64,000 bases of DNA, taken from positions 391,096,001 through 391,160,000 of the forward strand of contig OZ024740.1 of assembly GCA_964016885.1 (NCBI GenBank). The letters are read 5' to 3'. Positions 52,188-64,000 of the stretch are shown here, one piece after another. Every line of letters begins with the position of its first letter. The stretch's first letter is position 1. The position numbers and the translations under genes were made by a program. The notes beneath the pieces are model-generated. The model was not told the DNA's origin. It ran no database searches and worked only from the letters and a program-made list of their open reading frames with translations. Origin of the DNA: Eledone cirrhosa (lineage: Eukaryota).

Positions 52188-52684
52188 GTTATAAGTTTCT
52201 TAGTAACTAAACCTTCACTTAATAATAGATATGATTATTACTGCATTATGCTTCCATAAATTTGTATTGTTTAATATATTCTATAACTTCAGTTAATAAG
52301 TGTAATTAAAATGATATGTTCTAGTTGTATACCTATAATTCTAATTTAGTGAGTAGTATATGTGTATCAATGTATGATAGCTTGTATAACATCTATAATT
52401 ACTGAACGTTATATTTTCCTTTTACTTGCTGATAAATTGTAATTATATATTTAGGCTTCTTTAAATTTTTAACGTTTTCCCAACAATATTTGAATGCTAT
52501 TGTTTAGATATTTTTTTTCATTCTTCCACTGTAATTCATGGGTTTATAAGGTAAATATTATTTGTATTTAATCAATTCTGATGAGGTTCTTCATACAGGA
52601 ATGGAATATTCTAGTTAGGCTAACGAAATGGTCATAAATCAATTAAATGATTTAAATTAAATCCTTGTTAATCTTTATTCTTTA

Positions 52685-52717
<33 letters not shown>

Positions 52718-54765
52718 TGACTAAAAGGGTTAGTGTCAGGAAGAGCATTCAGCTGTAAAAATGGCCTCAAAGAGTCTCATACAACCCATGCAAAAATGGA
52801 AAAGTCAACATAAAAACCATGATGATGATGACAAATCATTGTGTTTAACATCTATTTTCTATACATGCATGGGTTAGACAGGTTGTCATGTTATGTACTA
52901 GACAAGTCAGGTGGGCATATCTTACTCATACAGATCTATTTTAGGTTTGATTTTTATGGCTGGATTCCTTTCTTAACGCCAACCATTTACAGCATGTACA
53001 GAGAGCTTTTCTCTTGGCATCATCACTACCTCTTTACAGAGTGGATTGTGTGCTTTTTTGACATGGTACCAGTATAAACACCTTACAGGGTGGACTAGGT
53101 CATTTTATTTTTGTTATACCACTAGCATGACCTTACAGAGTGGTCAAATACACCCATGTGTATGTGTATGTATGAATGAATAAATAAGTTAGTGAATCAG
53201 ACTGATCAAGAAAATATTTCTGAAATGAGACCCATTATTAAATGATACACTGATTACATGTAATTAAGCATAAGTTAGAAGGCAAAAGGTTGACCTCTGG
53301 ATAAATATGCAACACGTAATATAGTAATATAAACACCTGGAGTATAAGGTGTGTGTGGGGGGGTTAAGTGTTGCATGTTTTAATTTAAATCTATATTACT
53401 AATCACCATCACTGATAGAGAAGTCTAACTGTGATTGGCGACTGAGACTGCTAGAAATAGCAGAATAGATTGACTAATGTAGTCCCAGATATAACTGTTT
53501 GACAAAAAGCTACTAGAAATGATAGCCAAATTGCCCTCAAATAACAACCGTCTTCAAAATAGCAGAATAGATTGGTTATTGTAGTCCTATACAATACCTG
53601 GCGCTTCTTCGTTGGCAGGATTCCCTGAAAACTGAAACTTCAGGGATTTTACAATTGACCAAGACTCCCATCAAACAGAAACTTAAGGGATTTCCAAAGT
53701 GAAAAAGCACTAGTGTTTATTTTTTCCAAATAAAGTTAAGTTTTTTTTTTTTTTCTGATAGTAGAACGTTGACTACACACTGTATTCCAGTGTGACGTTG
53801 TCACTGTTGAAGATATATCTACCAAATATTTTTATCTTCGTAATTAACGAGAACAAAACATGGCTATCAATTAGCCGAGAGTATCTAATGTTAATTAGAA
53901 AGGAGAACTATTAATATCAATTACACGAGACACACTTGCTTTTCTACAAAATTACGGCCTTCTTCACCACCTTTCTCAATAATGCATTTGAACAATTATT
54001 TAAGGATATCAGAGCTGTATATCTTTTATCACGAACAATTTATGTATTATTTGTATGGATATAAATTTATCAAATTAACTTTTGGCCCATTTTTTTCCCT
54101 TAGAAAATGTTTCACTCTAGCTTAGAAACCCCAAATTTAACCTGGAAATTTCCGAATTTGATGGGTAAATACTTGCAGATTTAGGAAACCCTAAAAGAGA
54201 GGAATCACCATAGAGTCTGACAAACAAATTTGGGTTTTGTCAGAGCTGGAATGTATTTGATCATAGATAAGGTCTGTTAGTCTTAGGAGTCATCAACAAC
54301 AACAACCATTAACACGTAAAATAGACCCAGTTCCACTGAGATAAAAAAAATTATTTCTTGAATGAGTATAATTTATAAGAAGAATTAATGAGTACAGCTG
54401 ATCATAATGTTATATAAGAACTCTGATAGTTTAAACAGAAATATATATTAAGTTACAATGTGTTGAGCGTACGTGTGAACTTGACAAGTCTATAACTTGT
54501 AATGTGAAAATGATGAAATATTCTGTTAGAATCTATAAGTATTTTTAGAATCCAATCTACATTCTTTAGGATAGAGATATTAATGGCTTACATGTGGAAT
54601 TTCAATTCAATCGGGTTGTAGAAGAAACTAAATTTACAAATTAATTCACAAGCAGTGTACAAATAAAAACAAAGAAGTTTTAAACATATTATCGACATTT
54701 GCACCTGTTTATATAGTTTATCTTTCCACAATAAAGATAGACACTAAAGTAGTGTTGTAACTTAC

Positions 54766-54860
54766 CAATAGCAATCATGCGATATATTAAATACTTTTAA
54801 CAATAAAATAATTCGACATTGTTGCAGATATCACATCTGATGCTAAAAATGGCGACACAT
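54766..54860 (-). other. RBM33: Probable non-coding first exon of RBM33 (5' end approximate)
   Basis: TTG|GTAAGT donor at 54765, immediately next to the ETS/YY1 motifs; the ATG-containing exon begins with an acceptor, so an upstream exon is required. Confidence 0.6.
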
Positions 54861-54888
54861 TGGACTTCACTGTGCACTAACCGGAAGT
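54846..54888. promoter_or_regulatory. Housekeeping-type core promoter motifs: YY1-like AAAATGGCG, CCAAT (minus strand), ETS/GABP ACCGGAAGT
   Basis: Motifs at 54846-54854, 54859-54863 and 54880-54888, clustered in a locally CpG-retaining region. Confidence 0.6.
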
Positions 54889-56348
54889 CAATTTCTCAAA
54901 GCACATACATCCATATAGATACATACACAATTATCCACAGACATACACACAAAAAAACAGAGACACACATATACACGTTATTAAAAAATTAAAATTAAAA
55001 TATTATTGATATTAATAACAAATTATTCTTAAAATAAATAATTAATTTTTTAGTCCTTTTAATTAATGTTTCGCCACCATATCTTTATTCTTTGCCTCCG
55101 AATGATATAACTGTGCAGCAGTGAAAGGTGTTTAATACAAAAACATTAGCGATAAATATGTTTATTTTTTTTACTTTTACAGATTTTTCTCGAATATTCC
55201 TTAATTTTTCCTTTTTCTTCTCTTATTTTCAAGACAGCGTATAAACTAAGTAAATTAAGGGTCTCTTTTTATATAATTTGATAGATGATAGATATTTGGG
55301 TTTTTCGTTAGAATTCGCAGACAATCCCAACTACTAGCCGTCTGCTACTACACAGGGTAGCAGAAATTTTGTGGGGGAAATACACACATCTTTTAATGAT
55401 GTACATCAAATACACGGAAAAGTAATTTTTAAATTAAAACAATTGAAAAAACAAAAATAATAGACGATAGTACTTTTCTAAATGGCTGTTTAAATTTTAT
55501 TTTCATTATATTAATGTTGTTATTATTCGCCAAACTTTGCAGCATAGAGTTAAGGTCTGAGTTCAAATCCCGCCGAGGTTAACTTTGCCTTTCATCCTTA
55601 AGGGGTCGATAAAATAAATCACCAGTAACGTACTGGGGTCGATTTAATCGACTTTCCCCTCCCCCCACATTACTGGCCTTGTGCCTATAGTAGAAACATT
55701 ATTGAATATACATTTTAAAAGTTCAAGTTATAATGTCAGAGCTTATCCCAGTTTTATTGGCGTTTAAACGACTGAATGTACAAGATCCCTCCCCCTCTCC
55801 TGGACAAGACGCCAGTCCATTGCCGGATTAACTCCCCAGCTGTTGCTCATTTTCAGCTGATCAAATGAAGTGTTTTGTTCAAGAACACAATAAATACAAT
55901 TTATATAAAGATTAATCAGAGTAAAAAATAAAAGATAGAAAAAACTTTTGCCTGTTTAGTTAATTTGTGATGGTGTAGTTGGCGTTATGAGGCAAGTTGA
56001 AATAATTGAATGAATGGTTTGTTGGTCAAGTCAATAGCAAGTGAGTAACGTGTGTCTCAGTGTAGTAGAAGAAAAAGGTATTTTTATAGATAGTACACAT
56101 GTAATTGTGGTGTGTTAAGTTGGTTGGATTGTGTGTGAATGTAGCTCCTAAAAGTAGTAAATTTTACTAACCTTGGTTGAAGTTGTGTGCATGGCCAAAA
56201 CAGCTCACCACATTGGTGGGAACTGCCTGGTCAGATTGGAAGTGAGAGAGAGTCTGTCTGTGGCAGAGAGAAGAGGTAGATTGTCTTTCTGGGGTCAACA
56301 TTTCTTGTATGTATAATGACTGGGTTCCAAGAAACATGAAACAGATGG

Positions 56349-56728
56349 CCTTTAAACCAACTGTATCTGGCCAGAATTCTCTCACCTTTCTGTTGAAACC
56401 AGCCATAACTGGCTCCTCATACTCACTTTAAGATAACGTTCTCAAAATAAATAATATCAAAATTTCATAGATTCAATATCAAGTAAGGCAAAGCTTTTTT
56501 TTGTGAAAATACAATAGTATATATAGAGTAATTGTTTCTACTTTAGGCACAAGGCCAGCAATTATCCAGTGCATTACTGGTACTTTATTGTATCGACCCC
56601 GTAAGGATGAAAGGCAAAGTCAACCTCGGCGGGATTTGAACTCAGATCGTAAAGGGACGTAACTATGCTGGAAAGTATGGCGTCCGACCCTCTACCGATA
56701 CTGCCAATCCACAATGCTAAAGGGTTAA
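56349..56728. mobile_element. Family 1 MITE interrupted by a tRNA-derived SINE (56532-56710)
   Basis: MITE body runs to AGAGTAAT, then the SINE, then AATGCTAAAGGGTTAA. Confidence 0.8.
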
Positions 56729-56874
56729 ACTAAGGTTGTAATTCAAATGGATACATGTGAGCTCAAACATAGGAATTGGTATCTAATTTAAGCTGACTAG
56801 GGTTAAAGGTCAGTGTGTGTTGATATGTGATTATCTGAGAACGTGGAAACAATCTCAATGAGGGTTTGCTACAA

Positions 56875-57160
56875 CAGTGTCCCAGCATGGCTACAGTCTA
56901 ATCACTGAGATAAGTAAAAGAAGGCAGTGCCCCAGCATGGCTCTAGTCAAATGACTGAAACCAGTCAAATAAGCTAGTGCCCCAGTATGGCTGCAATCCA
57001 ATGACTGAAACTAGTAAAAAAAGGCAGTGCCCCAGCATGGCTACAATCTAATGACTGAAACCAGTGAAAGGTGGCAGTGCCCCAGCATGGTCACAATCTA
57101 ATGACTGAAACCAGTAAAAGGTGTTCCAGCATGGTTGCTGTCTAATGACTGAAACCAATA
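56875..57160 (+). repeat. 50-bp tandem array, same unit as 49247-49562 in opposite orientation
   Basis: AGTGCCCCAG(C/T)ATGG recurs every 50 bp from ~56926 to ~57076. Confidence 0.85.
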
Positions 57161-57834
57161 AAGAAAAAAAGAATGTGAAATTATTAAATTTGCACCCTAT
57201 GTCAAAACTTTATGACAACAACTTTACAATAGTGAATATAATAACCATTATTTTAATTCTTAAAATATATAATTAAATAAAAAAAACTCTTTCTATAATT
57301 AAAGTTAATTAAATTTATTGTTTATTTAACTTGAATGCAAATGTGAACACATTTACATTCAAACAAAACACAATATGCAAATAGAGAGATTACATATACA
57401 AGAAGATGGGAGAATACATTATGTTTCAGCACATATCCTTTGTTGATGCCCCAGTCTCATTATCACTATACTATAAAGCAGTATGTAATTGCTGTGGGCC
57501 CACATCTTATGCTGTTTTGAACATATGTAGTCAGAAAATATATATACCATATATACTCGAATATAAGCTGATCCCATATTTTATGTCTGAGAAATTGGCA
57601 AAAATCCAAATCCTGTTTATAAGCTGAGGCAGGTATTTAACACATTATGCTTCAATGATGTAGTTTTGAAATTCTCATGAGCGAAGAATATAGAAACAAA
57701 TAGTATATACAATACTTAACAAATATATAAGATTAAATAGAAAGAAAAAAAGGAGAAACAAAAACGAAAATGACCATCAATTCACCACCAAGTGCAACAA
57801 TCAGTCACACATCATAAAGGTCAAGGGAATATTT

Positions 57835-58460
57835 TGAGACAAGCCAATATGCTTGCAACATTACCATGGGTGATGGTGAGGCTAAGATGCTGAAACGATT
57901 ATGCACCCTTAGGGGCATCACCTGACACCTCAGTAAGGTGAGCTGCCAGCGATGATAAGAACTTCACTGTCAGTGGCCCAACTCCACCGAATGTCTTGAA
58001 CGCAACAGGCTGGAAAAAATTATTATTATTCTGTTAGGCACCGAAGCAGTGACCCCCCCCCCTATTTACCACGGCATCCATGATGTAGGAGGGAGCAAAA
58101 AAGTCACTGACTGTGGTGTGCCAGATGAGACACCAAGGGTAAGGTCGTCTGGTCTCTTCCCATCACTTCTGGATAATCCAGCCAGCACCAGAACCAAGGG
58201 GATATTTATCCGAGTTAGGACCCATATAGCTTGGTGAGGCGGGGAAAACAACCAGCATTCAAGCAGCGGGACAAACCATATAGGCCTATGGAGTCAAGTG
58301 ACCTACCAAAGCGACATCTTAGACCCCCAACAGACATCGGCTCCCACTTGAAGTGCAATGGAGATGCGAAGCTTGTCCTGACTGAGAAGACAACCGATGT
58401 TGGCTACAGGCAGGGCATCAACCCAGTCCCTGGAGAACTTTCCATTTGCAGAAAGTAAGC
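57835..58460 (-). mobile_element. CRE-like non-LTR retrotransposon 3' end (zinc knuckle plus restriction-like endonuclease), degenerate
   Basis: Minus-strand translation WVDALP...LRISIALQVG, CRFG..LDSIGLYGLS, GLSRSDGKRPD, FQPVAFKTFGGVG...QHLSLTITHGNVASIL. Confidence 0.8.
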
Positions 58461-59673
58461 AGCACCTAGAAAATTTATCAGAATGTATTTATGAAGTTTT
58501 ACATTTAAAATGTTTTATGTCGTGTAGAGTATAGTTTTTGTTTGACAACTACATTATGTAATGATTTTTTTTTTACCTTTTTTGAACCATTTTGAAAGCC
58601 ATATTCCCATATTCATTCAAAACATATAAAAACCAATATGAAATACGAATTTTACATCGAATGTGAAACTGGTAATATTCAGCTCCAAAGCGAAAATAAT
58701 TTAGCACCTCATTTAGATACAATTTTGAAGTTGGTAAAAATCTGCAAAATATTACCTTGAATCTCAGCAGATCCCGCATTTTACCATTGATTTTTTTGTC
58801 GCATATTTCTTGGTTTATGATGTATTTTTTTGAATTAAAAAGAAAATAGCAAAACTCTTAATGTCCTAATCCACATGAAACAGTAACATTTAATGTAAGG
58901 GAGACAACTGTAACCCCCTATTGCTATTATTCTTTTCCCACTTTTATACTCCTTCCCAATCATCAACGTAAATAGACTTTTGAATAACGCTAGTGGGGTT
59001 GGGAAGCCAACTAATCACATAAAAAGTGGATCCACTGTAGTGGATTTATTGATTTGCAGTAAACTACAAATAGAGTTATTATTTTATGTCAGTTTTTCTA
59101 TCCTTTGCACAGGTTGAACAAAGCCCAGAGCTTACCCAGGTTTCATAAGCATTAAGTGACTAAGACTCTTCTCTAGATGAAATACCATGTTGTCACAGGG
59201 GTGACTTTCAGCTTCCATTAGTACTCATTTTCAATCAAGTGTACTGGAGTAACATGAATAAAGTGCCTTGATCAAGGACATAATGCAACAATTAACTACT
59301 AGGCCATGTATTCATTATCTATAAATAAATCCTTTTAACCCTGAAACTGCCTCTGGTTCTACAATATGTAACTATTTGTTTAAAGTCTATATATGGACCC
59401 GTAACTCCTGATGGAGTTCTAAAGGCACCATATTGATATACAGTATTTCTTGGGCATTTTTCAAAACCTGGCAGAGCCTATCTCCCCTCCAAGTCTGAAC
59501 CCAACACATTTATTCCAGGGAAGAATAGAGAGGTAGAATCAACCTCAGTACAAGACTGGTACTTTTTTTTATCAACCTTGAAAGGATGAAAAGCAAAGTT
59601 GACTTTGGCAGGATTTGAACTCAGAGGGAACAAATACTGCAAAACATTCTAAGGGCTCTGCCAAATCGTCGTC

Positions 59674-59879
59674 TTAACCATTCAGCATTTACATTACTCT
59701 ATATATACTATTGTATTTTTGAGCTAAAGACTTTATCTTACATAATATCGAATCTACCAGATTTTGATGTTATTTATTTTGAAAACAATACATTAACGTC
59801 AGTATGAGTGGCCAGTTTGAACAGAGAAAGGTGAGAGAACTCTGGCCGGATACGGCCGGTTTAAATGCTGAAGGGTTAA
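59674..59879. mobile_element. piggyBac-derived MITE (family 1)
   Basis: TTAA-flanked, TIR variant with TTCAGCATTTA/TAAATGCTGAA, same body. Confidence 0.85.
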
Positions 59880-61489
59880 AGTGTTTATATTTATCTAAAA
59901 TCTTCCATTATTTCATATAAGAAGATTTAAATTATGTTTTAAACACCATTTTAAAAATGAGAAAGTTATTTATATTATTAAATCTCAATAAATTTATTTA
60001 TGTCATAACAAAAAGGTTAGAATGATCTGAACTAATTAGAAATATGGTAACAAAGTGATGATATTCATCTAATTAGCTCAGATCTGAGTTAATTAGATGT
60101 CAGCACCTTTAGATTACTTGTATTTGTGTCAGCACTTACCAGATGTAGGTTGAATCAGTTCGGCCAGCTAATCCACAGCATCATAAATAGAAGCTAATTA
60201 TGCTCAGTGATCACAGACATCCAATGTGGACATCATCACCCAGTCACTATTCCAATGGCAGACATCAATTCAGCTCACTCTGAGAACATTATTTTCCTTA
60301 TTTTTCTCCAGCCCTTCCCGCTTTAGAACTGCAATTTTCTGGAAAATCTATCTACTCACTCAAATATTTCTCTCCAGACATTAACTGTGTATCTGGTTTA
60401 GAATAGGTAGACAATATCCCTATATGTTGAGGGTAACTAAAAGAATTGGCACCAGGAGATTCTGGCTGTAAAACATTACCGCAAAAAGAATGTCATGGTT
60501 AGTATGAATCTTGTCATGGGGCCTACAAGGCCAAATTTCTAATATCATAGAAAGAAATGGCCTTAGAATGTGTGTGTGTAGACATTAACTCCATGCTTTA
60601 AGAAGTACTTAATAGGGTTGCCACCAGGAGGAGTATCTGACTGTAAAACAGTGCTTCTAAAAAGATCCCATAAGTCTGAAATCTATCATGGGGCTGGCAA
60701 GATTAACATTTGTTTCAGCAGGGAAAATGAAATTAAAATGCCTATCTGTATCCAATTTAGAACCAGTACTCCATATTCCTGCATGTCATAAGATGCAACA
60801 AATAGGATTGGCATCTGGCTTTAACACTTTGCCTCAAAAAGACCCCATGAGTATGAAGACTATGACAAGGGCTGCAAAACTAATTCTTGCTTTAGCAGGC
60901 AAAAATTGTCTTAAAACACATTGTCAACATTAATTTACAATTGGCATCAACAGTTTGAGAGAGACCAAACCACCTGAAATGCCCCTCGTTCTACGATACA
61001 ATACTGTTTGTTTTAAAGTGTTTATATTAATCTAAAAATCTTCCATCATAATTTTATGTAAGAATTTTTATTATATTATGTTCTAAATACCATAACAGTT
61101 AGTTATAATACTAAATCCCACTAAATTTTTGTTATTTCCATTAGAAGTGTAGTAATCAAAAATAAGTTAATATAAAAAATACACATTATAAAATAATAAC
61201 TAACAACAGGTTTCATTCAGGGAATTTTTATTTCAGTTAGAATTTGAAGTCAATGGATTTAAAAAATTTATTTATTCCATAAACAAAATAACATGTGAAG
61301 AAGGTAAATATATATAAATATTATAAAGCTAAATAAGATAACAACAGGAGCTAGTGTAAGATCACACTCTATTGAACAACAATAACTTATAACAAAGACT
61401 TTCAAAACAATGGGCTGATTTGAGAAAAACTTTAGTAGCAGATCTTTGGTTTATATTTCAATGAGTAAGTGAGAGTGAACTGTTCAGCT

Positions 61490-63030
61490 GACTTTGTCAT
61501 ACAGCTTCATGTAGTTCACAGGTTGTGAAGAATGGAAAAAAATTGCAGTTAACTGGACATTAGAAACACAGGCATGAAGAGGAAAACTAATATAAAACAG
61601 GTATAGGATACATATGCAGACATATATTCATAGAAGCTGATGGTTCACATAGCAGAATGGAATTCACAGGTTGTAAAGGATGGCAAAAAATTTGCAGTTT
61701 AACTGCATGGTAGAGAAAAGGAAAGGAAAAAAAGAAAGGAGTTGATCATCAGATCAGACAAAGGAAACAATGTTTCCATTCGTTTTTCCATTGCTGATAT
61801 TTTCTGTCAGTTACAACTCCCGGCAGAAAAAAGGAGCTAATCATCAGATCAAACCAGATAAATAATATTTCCATTGGTCTTTCCGTTATTGATACTATTT
61901 GTCTGTCGCAACTCCTGGCAGAGTGAGGTGGAATTTGAATTCAGAGCACAGTGAGCCAAAAGAAATACTGAGGCATTTAATCTGGCACTCTAATGACTCT
62001 GCCAATTTGCCACCTAAACAGTAGAAGCATAGAGGCAAAAAGAAGAAAAATTATCATAAAACAGGTACAGTATACATATACAATTATAGATTCATAGAAG
62101 CGGATGGTTCACACAGCCTCATAAAGTTAACAGGTGATGAAAAATGGCAAAACACTTGCAGATTAACTGGACAGCAGAAAAAAAAGGAAAGAAAAAGAAC
62201 TGACTATGAACTCAGACCAAGGGAACAATGTTTCCATTGGTCTTTCCATTGCTGGCATTATCTGCCAGCCGCAACTGCTAGTAGAAGAAAGGGGCTGGTC
62301 AACAGATAAAACCAAGGAAACAATATTTCTATTGGTCTTTCCATTGCTGATACTATGTCAGTCACAATTCTTGGTAGAAGAAAGGAGCTGGTCATCAGAA
62401 CAAACCAAATAATGTTTCCATTGATCTTTCCATTGTTGATATTATGTCAGTTACAATTCAGTTCAAACCTAGGAAACAATGTTTCTATTGTTGATTCTAT
62501 CTGTTGATTGCAATTCCTAGCAGAAGAAAGGAACCAACTGTCAGAACAGACCAAGGAAACTATGTTTTAATTGCTTTTTCCATCAGTAACACTATCTGCT
62601 GGTTGCAATTCTTGGCAGAATGAGGCAGGATTTGAACTACGAACACACACAGCTGGATCAGATGCCAAAGATATCCTGCCTGACTCTTTACCAATCCACT
62701 GAGCTAGGATTAGCACATTATTTATCAACCCCTGAAAGGATGAAAGGCAAAGTTGACCTCAGCAGGAATATATATCGGTGCTCTATTAACCCAGCCAATT
62801 CACTGCCACAGTAGAAACAAAAATTATTACAAAACAGGTTCAATATACATATGGAGACATATATTTATCAAAGCTGATATTTCACGCAGCTTAATGAAAA
62901 TCACAGGTTGAGAAAATGGCTAAAATATACAGTTTAAGTAGACAGTAGAACCATAGAGGCTTAAAAAGGAAAACTATTACAAAACAGGCATAGTATACCT
63001 ATAGCAACATATATCAATCGAATCTGATGA
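61490..63030. repeat. Compound degenerate tandem region of two interleaved units
   Basis: One unit (CACAGGTTG...GCAGTTAACTG...AAAACAGGT...CATAT...GCTGATGG) recurs about 4 times; a second (CAGATCAAACCAAGGAAACAATGTTTCCATTG...) recurs about 7 times. Confidence 0.75.
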
Positions 63031-64000
63031 GTTATTCAGTTGCTACTCCAAGTTTCCCCCTATGTGTGCTTTTCTGGGCAATAAAAAAGACCTATTATTT
63101 TTGTTACCTGAAGAAACTGACTAGTAATAAAATGAATCATCTTCAAAGAAATAAATATACTCTACTACATGTATTGAGTACTCTTTCTTCTCCCATTTCT
63201 ACATCCACATGTATGTGTGTGATTGTGTATATATATATATATATAAACATATATATATATTCACATATGCAAACAGATACACACACACAACATATATTCA
63301 CATTCATAAATGGATCTTCATCAGTTTTGACGAGTGTTCCAGTAGTTCGATCAATGGAGGAGCCAGTTCATGAAATTAATGCATAAGTGGCTGAACATTC
63401 CACTGCTACTCATGCCCTTAATGGAATTACAGGTACAGTCCATCTGATGGGCTTCCAGACAGTTTCTGTCTACCCAATTTCATTCACAAAGCTTTGGTCA
63501 ACCTGAGGTATGGTAAATGACAATTGCCTAAGATGATTGTAAATAACTTCTTAACCATTTGGCTAAACTGCATTCACACACAAATATATTCACATACACA
63601 GACATATGTATCTTTGTATAATATAATTATGGCCAATTTGATTCATATAAGACAATTATGCACAAATATTAAAATATTTTTTTAATGGTATATTTCTACT
63701 AAATGTATTTTATACAAATATTTTAAATTTATTATAAATAAAAAAATTAAAAAATCAGAGAAAGGTGCAACTTTGTTTTAAAAACTGCGTCCACAGAATC
63801 TTATAAATATGAAAAATAAATAATGTATCATATAGAAGATGTTATTAATAATGTATTGCATAACGCTTAACAGAAACTATGTATGATGTATTACATTATA
63901 TATACTATTTATAAATAATTGTTTCTACTTTTTGGCACAAGGCCAGCAATTACCCAAGTGCATTACTAGTGCTTTATTTTATTGACCCCGTAGAGATGAA

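Larger units (their letters stand above)
50620..52685 (+). mobile_element. Highly degraded Penelope-like retroelement, interrupted by two MITEs
   Basis: LKDHK...IRLIYPSTSDIGRI...LQFDIDNYYASIS..LLNEAL resembles the PLE reverse-transcriptase N-terminus; a CTGATGA...CGAAA motif lies at the 3' end. Confidence 0.7.

Noticed and set aside
55960-56345. Possible Penelope GIY-YIG remnant
   Set aside because: Only a vague FNLPH-like match; not supportable by eye.
57540-57635. Tc2-like MITE end (TACCATATATACTCGAATATAAGC)
   Set aside because: Only one terminus was identified, so the boundaries cannot be defined.

Overview
AT-rich, microsatellite- and transposon-dense animal genomic DNA. The SINE/MITE repertoire suggests an octopus or other coleoid cephalopod, but this is inference. 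The window holds one complete multi-exon gene on the minus strand, an RBM33 orthologue. I assembled it by hand into 17 GT-AG coding exons with consistent phases (49955 to 17203, 4413 nt, 1470 aa plus stop), with a probable non-coding first exon and ETS/YY1 promoter near 54.8 kb and a candidate poly(A) site near 14.2 kb. The most striking structure is a ~7.8 kb array of a 43-bp unit (~180 copies, with kb-scale higher-order duplications) in intron 13; its monomer is a copy of the gene's own exon-13/splice-donor junction. Other content: an internally deleted piggyBac with its derived MITE family, a mariner relic, RTE, CRE-like and Penelope-like retroelement relics, hammerhead-ribozyme-like motifs, nested MITEs, tRNA-derived SINEs and a large fold-back palindrome.
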